Source of the DNA: Trueperaceae bacterium
GTDB lineage: Bacteria; Deinococcota; Deinococci; Deinococcales; Trueperaceae
DNA length: 64,000 bases
Assembly: GCA_965215565.1 (NCBI GenBank)
Contig: CBDCDZ010000004.1
Location: forward strand, 4,329,474-4,393,473
Direction: 5' to 3'
A model generated the notes under the pieces. That model was not told the origin of the DNA. It searched no databases and saw only the letters and a list, made by a program, of their open reading frames with translations. A program made the translations under genes and the position numbers. This document shows, in pieces, positions 9,692 to 19,314 of this stretch (within the stretch, counting starts at the first letter, position 1; every line of letters starts with the position of its first letter).

Positions 9692-9774
9692 GGTCATTTC
9701 CCATATGGAATTGTCACCCTCTGGGGTATAGTAAAGAAGTGTAACACGCACGACACTCACCCAAAGGAGCAACT

Positions 9775-10119
9775 ATGTCCGAACCGACCGCCAACACCAA
9801 CTTCAGTGACACCGAACGTCGCGCCCTTATCCTCGAGGGCGCGACGGGTGAAATGAGCAAACGACTCGACGACATTCACGCTGATATTAAAGAGCTGCGT
9901 GGCAGCGCCCGCGACGACAACCGTGAGCTACGCGCTGACATCAAGACAAACGCTGAGGCGACCCAGGCGGCTTTACTCAACGTTCAAACCAACATCATTG
10001 ACGTACAAAAGAGCGTGATTAGCGTGCAGAACAGCATTAACCTAATGACGTGGCGACTGCTCGGCGGCGTGTTGCTTCTACTCATCGTCAACGGCATCAT
10101 TGACCGGGTGTTTTCATGA
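9775..10119 (+). CDS. Coiled-coil protein with C-terminal TM helix (DUF1640/XhlA-like architecture)
   Basis: AAGGAG RBS; heptad pattern; hydrophobic C-terminus WRLLGGVLLLLIVNGII. Confidence 0.75.
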   Translation: MSEPTANTNFSDTERRALILEGATGEMSKRLDDIHADIKELRGSARDDNRELRADIKTNAEATQAALLNVQTNIIDVQKSVISVQNSINLMTWRLLGGVLLLLIVNGIIDRVFS

Positions 10120-10403
10120 ACGCACCTAACTCTTCCCCCGCGTCTGCGGCTAGCGGGAGCGTCCACGCGACAGAGGTGAACCCCTTACGCATACGCGAAA
10201 AGCTCGGCTTGTCGCAGAGTCAATTTGCTGAACTACTTAGCGTGAGTAAGAAAACCTTGCAGAATTGGGAGCAGGAGGTCCGCGCCCCATCCGGTCCAGC
10301 GCTGTCACTTCTTAAACTCGTTGCCGCCGACCCGAAACACGCCGCGCGAACGTTAGGCTCCGCAGAATCCGGCTTTGCCGGTTCGTTAGGGGTGAAGCGG
10401 TGA
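10116..10403 (+). CDS. XRE-family HTH protein (HigA/NadS-like)
   Basis: IREKLGLSQSQFAELLSVSKKTLQNWEQ..R.PSGPA..LL; ATGA overlap with upstream ORF. Confidence 0.9.
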   Translation: MNAPNSSPASAASGSVHATEVNPLRIREKLGLSQSQFAELLSVSKKTLQNWEQEVRAPSGPALSLLKLVAADPKHAARTLGSAESGFAGSLGVKR

Positions 10404-10816
10404 AAGGGTTGAGGGCATTTTTAGCAGCGCTTTTGTGTGTTCTTTTGGGCGCGTGCGGTGAGGTGGACATCGACACAGGTTAGAGCATAGGTTAAGGCTG
10501 AAAGCCTCAGCATCTGAGATGCTCACCTGTGTTCAAAGGCTCTTAGCCTTCACCTGTGCAACCCACTACCGAGGAGTACCGGGCGCTGCTCACAGGTGAA
10601 TGCTGAGAGCGTCCGGCAGTCGCCGTAACCTGTGAGCGCCGCCTTATAGACGGCTACACGCTGCACGACGTGTATCAAGTGACGGCGGGTGAGCAGGTGA
10701 CGGCTAAGAGCCGAGCTGAGCTTTGCTCTAACCTGTGCGAGCAAGACCTCATCGAGCCGGATGGCGTCATCGTGGGCCTATTCCCCACGTGTGTGGGGAT
10801 GAACCGGAGAAAATGA
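10400..10816 (+). pseudogene. Lipoprotein-like gene with five in-frame stops
   Basis: GTG start overlapping HTH stop; MKGLRAFLAALLCVLLGAC lipobox; stops at 10481, 10493, 10499, 10544, 10604, then frame open to TGA 10814. Confidence 0.5.
10778..10806 (+). CRISPR. Solitary perfect array-1-type repeat
   Basis: Exact CTATTCCCCACGTGTGTGGGGATGAACCG. Confidence 0.97.
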
Positions 10817-11022
10817 TGGATGACATGAAACCGGTAACGAGCATGGCTGACGTTCCCGACTTCTCTACAGATGAGGAAGAGCAAGCGTTCTGGGCGACGC
10901 ATTACATCGGCGACGATGTGCTCGTCACTCCGCGCGAACTGTCTGACCAGCCGCTTCCTCCCCCGCGTCCACGCAGGGTTGAATCCAAGCGTATCTCGCT
11001 CACGCTCGAGCCAAGTGAATGA
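10813..11022 (+). pseudogene. CopG/BrnA-type antitoxin, C-terminally truncated
   Basis: VPDFSTDEEEQAFWATH and SKRISLTL motifs; RHH helices missing, MKYQ-like remnant just downstream. Confidence 0.7.
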
Positions 11023-11092
11023 AATATCAGCAACGCTGCTGACCTCCCATCGCCATTGACCTCATAATCTAAGGGCGGCAGAAGGCAGCTTC

Positions 11093-11680
11093 TCAAATAT
11101 CCGCTAGAATTTTCTCAGCTAACTGCTTGGCAACCTTCTCTTTCGCTTCCTCTTCTCGCCGCGCTTTGTCGTACTTCGCTGCTCTGACCTCGAGCTTCTC
11201 GCCCAATATGCGGAGGGCGCGTTCAGGTTTCATAAAGGGATTGAGCACGAAGCTGTACGTCCGCTTCCGCTGCCGGTCAATGGCTAAAATTTGATAATGT
11301 TTTGGACTTAGCAGCGCAGCGAGTTCAAAGCGTCCCATGCGCTCTGCTGCGATAATCTGCGAGTCTTTGAGCTTGTTCTCTAAGTCCCAACGGCTAAGTT
11401 CACGGTCACTACCAAATGTCGGACGCATTCCGAGGATATTCCACAAAAAGGGGATGCCGAATGATGCTAGGAAAGAGAGTCCAAGAGAGAGCGGTAAAAC
11501 ACCGACTCTCTGCCAAAATTCGCTACCCCACACGATAAGCGCAGTGCCAAGGACTGCCGTCGCAATAAACGTATACATTGCCCAGACTGGCAAGTAAGCC
11601 TCCCCTCTAATAGCAGCGTTGAACCGCTTGTGCCACGGTGCTTTGTCTATTAGTAGGTCTCTAAACAATGTATCTGACAT
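11093..11680 (-). CDS. Two-TM hypothetical protein divergent from cas3
   Basis: AGGAGG RBS before ATG 11680; two hydrophobic helices; charged helical C-terminus. Confidence 0.7.
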   Translation of the reverse strand: MSDTLFRDLLIDKAPWHKRFNAAIRGEAYLPVWAMYTFIATAVLGTALIVWGSEFWQRVGVLPLSLGLSFLASFGIPFLWNILGMRPTFGSDRELSRWDLENKLKDSQIIAAERMGRFELAALLSPKHYQILAIDRQRKRTYSFVLNPFMKPERALRILGEKLEVRAAKYDKARREEEAKEKVAKQLAEKILADI

Positions 11681-11808
11681 GCACGTCCTCCTATTGCAGA
11701 TGATAACGAAGTGCTGAACCCTTATTATCGCATATTGCGCTTGGTGAGTGAGGGGCGCGTCAGCTATTACGAGGCACAGTACGAGCGAGCGATTGCAAGA
11801 TTTTACTT

Positions 11809-11841
11809 GCGTCACCAATTGACGTTAGAGCGTGATATATC
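11809..11841 (+). promoter_or_regulatory. Palindromic operator + -10 of cas3 (GCGTCA-N5-TGACGT-N10-TATATC)
   Basis: Motif shared with the cas8e upstream region; ATG 6 nt after the -10-like hexamer. Confidence 0.6.
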
Positions 11842-11847
11842 TGTTTC

Positions 11848-14592
11848 ATGCCTAAGTTGAGCCAACGAGCACAGAGCTTCTGGGCGAAGAGCCCTAAAAA
11901 AGGTGAGCCGTTCGAGTCCCACCCCGTTATCGCTCACCTCTTGGACGTAGCCGCGAGTGCGTCCGAAATTCTGAAACTCGAGCCCGAGAAGATAACTGCT
12001 CTGTACGCCGGTGACTTCAAGCTGTGCGAAAGTGAGGCTGCCCTTTGGGTTTGCGCTCTGGCAGGGTTGCATGACCTTGGCAAAGTGAGCCCAGCGTTTC
12101 AGCAACTCTGGACTCCGGGGTTGGAGAAACTTATTTCGGTTGCTCCCGAGTTTGATTGGCATACTACCGACTCGCTTGCCCCTTCGTCCCCACCAGGCTA
12201 CGTTTCTCACAGTGTAGTCAGCCAGGTCATACTGCCTAGCTTGCTGAAAGCAAAAGGCTTTCAGGGTACGTTAGCAAAGGGCGTTGCGGACGCTGTCGGC
12301 TGTCACCACGGGTTTCGAGCAGATGGTCAAGAACTCGGTGAGGCGTGTAAAAAGAAAGAGAAGGGACGCGAGGTCTGGGACGACGCGCGTGAAGAGATAT
12401 TCAGAGCAGTATTAGAGGTCGTTGGCGTTACGGATAGCCCCGAGGTGAAAAAACTAAGCGCAGCAGGCTTTATGCGCCTTGCGGGTCTAACGAGCTTTGC
12501 AGATTGGATCGGCTCGAGCCTCTATCCCTCACTAAGCTTCGTCGGGTATGAGAATGACCTGGAAGGTTACTACGAAGAGGCGAAGGTGGCAGCGCGACAT
12601 AGGTTAGCTGAATTGGGTTGGACAAAGCGTACGCCTCTACACACGGACGCGCGACTACTGGAGGATACCTTCGCTTATCTCACTCGTGAAGAAGGCAAGC
12701 CGTTCTCGCCGCGCACGCTCCAGACAGAAGTCGAGAAGCTGTTGAGGGAGGTCTCCGCGCCAACCCTTCTACTCATCGAAGCGCCGATGGGCGAAGGTAA
12801 AACGGAGGCTGCATTCTACGCGCACCTGCGCCTGCAAACCGAACTCGGTCACAGAGGGATGTACGTGGCGCTGCCCACGATGGCAACCGGAAACGCGATG
12901 TTCAGCCGGACGGCTGAGTTCTTGAACGAGCAAGCCGAGGGACGGACGGTTCCGCTCGACTTGCAGCTTTTGCACGGGGCGACGCAGCTCAATAGTGTCT
13001 ATCAAGCGCTTCAGAGCGAAGTGCGTCCTAACTTTCCCGATGAAGAGAAGCTCGAGCACGTCCAAGCGAGAGAGTTCTTCACGCACAAGAAGCAAGCCCT
13101 TCTTTCGGAGTATGGCGTCGGCACGGTGGACCAGGCGCTACTGACCATTTTGAACATTCGGCATCAGTTCGTGAGGCTGTGGGGTCTCGGCAACCGCGTC
13201 GTCATCATCGACGAGGTTCACGCTTACGACACCTACACCTCAGAACTCGTGAATGGACTCGTGCGCTGGCTCCACGCACTCGGCTCGAGCGTCGTTTTAC
13301 TGAGCGCGACCCTCTCCGAGAAATCTCGTAACGAGTTGCTCGAGGCTTACGGCGGGGAGGCAAAAGAGACCGAAGGCTATCCGCGCATCTTCAAAGTTGC
13401 TGCTGGTGAAACCGAAGTCTTTCCGTTCGACGCCGAATCTAAGCGTAAGGTCGAGATAGCTGTCCATCACCTCGCCGCAGATTTGGACACCATCGTTCGG
13501 CTGTTGGAGGATAAGCTCGCAAAAGGTGGTTGCGCAGTCTGCATTGTCAACACGGTAAACCGGGCGCAAGAGCTTTATAAGAAGCTCGGGGGGAAAGATA
13601 CGTACCTCTTTCACGCCCGCTATCCTGCCGAAGAACGCGCTGAGATTGAGACTCATATCTTAGAGACGTTTGGCAAAGCAGCAACGAGGGAGAACGGCAA
13701 GCGCCCGCACCGCGCTATCCTTATCGCCACCCAAGTCGTAGAGCAGTCGCTCGACCTCGACTTCGACCTCATGGTCACAGACTTAGCACCAGTGGACCTC
13801 ATTATCCAACGGGCAGGGCGCATGTGGCGGCACGAGCGCCCGTCGTCAGAGCGCCCTATCTCTGAGCCACAGCTCTTCATCGCGGGCATGGAGCATGAGG
13901 GAGAGCTGCCGGAGTTGTCACGCTATTTTTGGGACAGGGTCTATCAGCCTTTTATCCTCTACAAAACCTGGGACGTGCTGCAAGGTAAAACTCAGCTCAC
14001 GCTGCCCACTGATATTGACGACCTTGTGCAGCGCGTTTATGACGGTGATAGTGAACCGCTCCAAGCGAGGCTTTCAGAAGAGGCGTTTGAGCAAGCTGAA
14101 GAAAATCAGCGCAAGTTCGTGGAGGAGCGAAAGGCTGATAAAAGCCTCGCACGTGAAGCAATCATCAGTCAGGTGAGGAAGAACGGTGAGCTTGCGCTAC
14201 GCGACCCGACCAGAGTTAGAGAAGAAGAGGACAAACCGAATGGACTGCCAGCCGTTTTTACGCGCAAAGGGCAACCCTCAGTGCTCGCCGTTCCCCTCTT
14301 TGAGCGCGGCGGTGAATACTTCTTGGATGCCGAAGCAAAAAAGCCCTATGACGCTAAAAAGCCGCTCGAGACCTATAAACGCTCCGTCCGCCTGAGCAGG
14401 CGCGGGTTTCCTCAAGCACTTGAGAAGCACAATGCGGCGCAGGGATTTGAAGAGACTTTTAAGCACTGGGAGAAGAACCCGCTTTTGCAAAACTGCGTTC
14501 CACTTGTGCTAGATACGGATGGAAGCGTTGTCGTGGGTCAAACGAGAGTAAGACTGGATAGCGTTTTAGGCGTGGTGTATGAAAGCGCCTAA
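11848..14592 (+). CDS. cas3: CRISPR helicase/nuclease Cas3
   Basis: HD domain (HLLDV, HDLGK, HHG, ADWIGS), APMGEGKT, DEVH, QRAGRMWRH. Confidence 0.97.
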   Translation: MPKLSQRAQSFWAKSPKKGEPFESHPVIAHLLDVAASASEILKLEPEKITALYAGDFKLCESEAALWVCALAGLHDLGKVSPAFQQLWTPGLEKLISVAPEFDWHTTDSLAPSSPPGYVSHSVVSQVILPSLLKAKGFQGTLAKGVADAVGCHHGFRADGQELGEACKKKEKGREVWDDAREEIFRAVLEVVGVTDSPEVKKLSAAGFMRLAGLTSFADWIGSSLYPSLSFVGYENDLEGYYEEAKVAARHRLAELGWTKRTPLHTDARLLEDTFAYLTREEGKPFSPRTLQTEVEKLLREVSAPTLLLIEAPMGEGKTEAAFYAHLRLQTELGHRGMYVALPTMATGNAMFSRTAEFLNEQAEGRTVPLDLQLLHGATQLNSVYQALQSEVRPNFPDEEKLEHVQAREFFTHKKQALLSEYGVGTVDQALLTILNIRHQFVRLWGLGNRVVIIDEVHAYDTYTSELVNGLVRWLHALGSSVVLLSATLSEKSRNELLEAYGGEAKETEGYPRIFKVAAGETEVFPFDAESKRKVEIAVHHLAADLDTIVRLLEDKLAKGGCAVCIVNTVNRAQELYKKLGGKDTYLFHARYPAEERAEIETHILETFGKAATRENGKRPHRAILIATQVVEQSLDLDFDLMVTDLAPVDLIIQRAGRMWRHERPSSERPISEPQLFIAGMEHEGELPELSRYFWDRVYQPFILYKTWDVLQGKTQLTLPTDIDDLVQRVYDGDSEPLQARLSEEAFEQAEENQRKFVEERKADKSLAREAIISQVRKNGELALRDPTRVREEEDKPNGLPAVFTRKGQPSVLAVPLFERGGEYFLDAEAKKPYDAKKPLETYKRSVRLSRRGFPQALEKHNAAQGFEETFKHWEKNPLLQNCVPLVLDTDGSVVVGQTRVRLDSVLGVVYESA

Positions 14593-14614
14593 ATGCTTAC
14601 TTGTCTATCCTCTG

Positions 14615-14647
14615 GCGTCACTAAATGACGCTTCACCATATTAAAGT
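14615..14647 (+). promoter_or_regulatory. Palindromic operator + -10 of Cascade operon (GCGTCA-N5-TGACGC-N10-TAAAGT)
   Basis: Perfect 6-bp inverted repeat and TANNNT. Confidence 0.65.
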
Positions 14648-14668
14648 GAGTTGAAGGAGGACCAAACA

Positions 14669-16285
14669 TTGGCTACGTTCAACCTCATTACAAAACCTTG
14701 TATTCCTGTACGAGTAAATGGAAAACTCGAGCACTACTCCCTCGAACAAACGCTTTTGGACGCGAAAGACATTGAGCGCATAGAGGACGCCTCTCCTCTC
14801 GTTGTAGTCGCGCTGCACCGGCTTCTGCTCGCCATTCTCTACCGCGCCCTCAACCCTGACAGCACTGAAGAGATTGGGGAGTGGCTCGAGGACGGCTTTC
14901 CAGAGGAGGGCATACGCACCTACTTGGAGAAGTGGAAACCTCACTTCGATTTGTTTGATGCGAAACGCCCTTTTTATCAGGTAGCAGACCTCGAGCAAGC
15001 TACCTTCGGCAAGCCGATTGAGCCGAAAGCCTGGACCGAACTCGCGCCCGAGGTGCGTGACGGCGGTCAGGGGGCGTCGCTCTTCAACCATCTTAACGAA
15101 GTTGCAGAGCCGATTCCTGCCGCCACAGCGTTTCACCAACTGCTCGTCCGTCAGACCTTTGCGCTAGGCGGGCTTAGCAGAACTTTCGTAGATTCGGCGA
15201 AGAATGCCCCTTCCCCAAACGCAGTCTTTCTCATACCACATGGGCAGAATTTACACGAAACACTCTGTTATTGTCTCGACCCTAACAACTACACACACCA
15301 TGAGGACGACGTGCCATTCTGGGAGCGCAATACAGCTTATGATGTCGCTTACCTAGAAAGGACAAGAGAAGAGCCGGTTTTAGGCTGTGTTCAAGTGTAT
15401 ACCTGGATGAGCCGCTCAGTGAAGCTCATCCCGCTCGAGACGGACGATGGTCCTTATGTTGAGGAAATCTACTTTGCCTCCGGCATCGCGCCGAAGTTCG
15501 AAATCGCTCAGTATTTCGACCCGATGGTTGGAAAGAGAGTTAAGTCCGGTAAAACCGAGAATAGCCTTACCTTTATTCGCTTCGATGGAAATAAGCAATT
15601 CTGGCGAGACTTCCAATCGCTATTCGCTGAACAGCAAACAGGTATAGCACCACGTGTAATTAGCCTATCTGCCCGCCTAGCATCTGAGTTCAACCGTAAT
15701 GTGAATCTCGGCGTTTACGGCATCAATAACAAGCAGGCAAAAGTAAACTTTGCGCGACAAGAAAACCACATTCTTCCCGAGGCTGTTAGCGCTGATAGGA
15801 CAGAAGATGTTTATGCCACGCTTGCAAACTCGCTCACGCAAACGGACAAGCTGGGGTATTCGCTAAGAAAAGCAATCTTTGAAATACATATTCACCTTGA
15901 CCCCGAGCTTCGGATTAAAGATAAGAAGAAGCGAGAGGAATTCTGGCGAAAGGTCAACGCTCCACCTCCTCCTAAAGAGAATCCTACGATTACTCGGTTG
16001 AGAACGGCAGTGAATACATCCTACGGAGTTAGTTTTTATTGGTCTACACTGAGCCGTCTCTTTCCAGAGTTATTGGACCAGCTCACCGCTGACTTCAAAC
16101 CCAAAGAAGTCCAACGTTATTGGGCGCAGAGACTCCTAGATGCTTCTGACCGCGCCTGGACGCTCGCCCGCGCCGCCGCTGGCGACGACGCCTACGCCCT
16201 CCGCGCCATCTACTCTGCCGAAGGCATCCTACGCGCCGCGCAGAGCGAGTTTCGCACTCTCACTACATCTCAGGAGGCAGCATGA
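14669..16285 (+). CDS. cas8e: Type I-E Cas8e (Cse1/CasA)
   Basis: FNLITKPCIPV, ALHRLLLAIL, FDLFD..RPFYQ; AGGAGG before TTG 14669. Confidence 0.92.
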   Translation: MATFNLITKPCIPVRVNGKLEHYSLEQTLLDAKDIERIEDASPLVVVALHRLLLAILYRALNPDSTEEIGEWLEDGFPEEGIRTYLEKWKPHFDLFDAKRPFYQVADLEQATFGKPIEPKAWTELAPEVRDGGQGASLFNHLNEVAEPIPAATAFHQLLVRQTFALGGLSRTFVDSAKNAPSPNAVFLIPHGQNLHETLCYCLDPNNYTHHEDDVPFWERNTAYDVAYLERTREEPVLGCVQVYTWMSRSVKLIPLETDDGPYVEEIYFASGIAPKFEIAQYFDPMVGKRVKSGKTENSLTFIRFDGNKQFWRDFQSLFAEQQTGIAPRVISLSARLASEFNRNVNLGVYGINNKQAKVNFARQENHILPEAVSADRTEDVYATLANSLTQTDKLGYSLRKAIFEIHIHLDPELRIKDKKKREEFWRKVNAPPPPKENPTITRLRTAVNTSYGVSFYWSTLSRLFPELLDQLTADFKPKEVQRYWAQRLLDASDRAWTLARAAAGDDAYALRAIYSAEGILRAAQSEFRTLTTSQEAA

Positions 16286-16826
16286 GCGAGAAGACGGACA
16301 GGTTCATCTCTTACTTATGGAAGCTAGACCGCAAAGCCTTCGCCGAGCTGCGGCGCAGCCTCAGCGACGAACCGGGGCGCTCTATCCCTGCGATTCCTTA
16401 CGTAGAGCGCTTCACCCTCGGTGAGCGCCGCTGGAATCAGCAGATGTACTACTTAGTGGCGGGGCTCTTTTGCCTTGTGGAGCGCCCGCTCGAGCAGAGT
16501 GCAACACCGCCCCCACCGCGCCAACAGAGCTTCGGCAGCAGCGTTGGAAGGCTCTACGTTCTTAAAGAGAAAAGCGCCAGCACCGAACGCCGCTTTATCC
16601 GGCTGCTCGACGCCGACGCGGGACAGCTCGCCGAGCGGCTTCGCCAGATGGTGTCTTTGCTGCGCTCCGAAGGCGTCGAAGTCGGTTGGTCGCGGCTTTT
16701 GAACGACCTGCTTTACTGGCACGCCGACGACTGCAACATCCAGCACCGCTGGGCTCGAGAGTTTTACATGCAAGAAGCCAAGAGCGAAAGAGCATCCGAA
16801 ACGGAAGAAGTGACAGGAGGAACCGC

Positions 16827-16830
<4 letters not shown>
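16282..16830 (+). CDS. cse2: Type I-E Cas11 (Cse2/CasB)
   Basis: AELRRSL, ERRFIRLLDAD, LL.DLL.W, WAREFY. Confidence 0.92.
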
Positions 16831-17965
<1,135 letters not shown>

Positions 17966-17969
<4 letters not shown>

Positions 17970-18598
17970 CGCACACGCTGTTACTTTGCTTGGCGGGTCC
18001 GCTCCAGTCGTGGGGCACGAAGTCCCGCTTCGACGAACGCGACACCGAACTCGAGCCCTCGAAAAGCGGCGTAATCGGGCTCTTATGTGCGGCGCTCGGC
18101 GTTGATCGGCACGAGGCGGAACCCGTTCTAAAGCTTGCCGAGATGCCGATGGGCGTTCGCGTTGACCGCGAGGGGGTGTTGCAGCGCGACTATCACACTG
18201 CTCAGAGAATTGACTATAGCGGTAGGGTGCGAGATACAGTCGTCTCGCACCGCTACTTCCTTTCGGACGCCGTTTTTCTCGTAGGTTTTGAGAGTGAGGA
18301 TAGAAGTTTTCTCGCGGAGGTACAAGCGGCTTTGAAGAATCCACACTGGTCTCTTAGCCTCGGGCGCAAGTCTTTTGTGCCGTCACGCCCGATTTGGTTG
18401 TCCGACGGTCTTGTTCAGAAGAGCTTGGACGATGCCTTATGTCAGTATCCAAATCTCACGAACGAAGAGCCAGTGCGCTTAGTGCTCGAGAGTTCACGCG
18501 GCTCACTACGAACAGACCAGCCGCTCTCGAGCTTTCATGAGCGCCGTTTCGGTACGCGCTATGTTACGAGTGAGCCGTGGAGCCACCCATGTACTTGA
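17966..18598 (+). CDS. cas5e: Type I-E Cas5 (CasD)
   Basis: LAGPLQSWG...PSKSGVIGLLCAALG, LGRKS. Confidence 0.95.
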
Positions 18599-19314
18599 GC
18601 AAACTCGTCTTAAACCCTCGTGCTCATCAAGTACGCCGCGATCTCACCAACCCCTACCAGACCCACGCCAGCCTCTGCTGGGCGTTTCGCAAACCTGAAG
18701 CGCTCTCAGAAGCCGAAACTGGAAGCTGGGAACGCGGCAAAACCGTGTATCCCTTTTTGTGGCGCTTGGAGCCGCCCCAGCCTCGCGCTGCACCAATCCT
18801 CTTAGTTCAGAGCGAAGTGGAACCTCAGTGGGACGTTTTCGCCGAGCGACACCCAAACTACTTTAGCCGAAAGGTCAAGGTAGGTAAGCTTCCCCTCGAG
18901 CACCTTGTACAGGGTCAAACCCTGCGCTTCCGTCTCAAAGCTAACCCGACCGTCACCAAGCGGCACGATGACCAACCCGATAAGCAGAAGCGCGTCGGGC
19001 TCTACAAGATGGAGGATTTACTCGGCTACCGGAGTGATAACGGCGAATGGATACTTGGCTGGATTGAGCGGCAGAGCGACTTTGGCACAGAGCAGCGCGG
19101 CTTCGTGGTCGGCGCACAGGACGTTATTTTGCGCAACACCGAGCGCTTGCGTTTTCATAAACATGAAGGAGGTCATCCCATCACCTTGCAGTCCGCGCTC
19201 TTCGACGGCTACTTGAAGATTACCGACGTAGACCTATTCAAAGAGACGCTCGCTAAGGGCGTCGGCAAAGCCAAAGGGCTCGGCTTCGGTCTCCTCTCGG
19301 TTGCGAGAGCCTGA
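18589..19314 (+). CDS. cas6e: Type I-E Cas6e (Cse3/CasE)
   Basis: MYLSKLVLN, FRLKANP, C-terminal GVGKAKGLGFGLL. Confidence 0.95.
   Translation: MYLSKLVLNPRAHQVRRDLTNPYQTHASLCWAFRKPEALSEAETGSWERGKTVYPFLWRLEPPQPRAAPILLVQSEVEPQWDVFAERHPNYFSRKVKVGKLPLEHLVQGQTLRFRLKANPTVTKRHDDQPDKQKRVGLYKMEDLLGYRSDNGEWILGWIERQSDFGTEQRGFVVGAQDVILRNTERLRFHKHEGGHPITLQSALFDGYLKITDVDLFKETLAKGVGKAKGLGFGLLSVARA

Noticed and set aside
9692..9700. Sequence after repeat 10 (GGTCATTT) vs AAG-CGTCATTT on the minus strand of the cas8e operator
   Set aside because: Only 7 nt match with a position-1 mismatch; too short to support
9575..9856. ORFs overlapping CRISPR repeats (also 10675-10902, 20363-21139)
   Set aside because: Translations of repeats and tRNA
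10474..10530. Integron attC-like hairpin
   Set aside because: Lacks correctly ordered RYYYAAC/GTTRRRY boxes and no integrase is seen
9693..10770. GTCAT as target-site duplication of the array insert
   Set aside because: Would leave a 13-nt pre-insertion spacer; a 5-mer match is expected by chance
11691..11721. Possible degenerate CRISPR repeat (CTATT...TGAACCC) upstream of cas3, as in CreR/CreA mini-arrays
   Set aside because: Only the ends match; no CCCC/GGGG stem and no convincing second repeat
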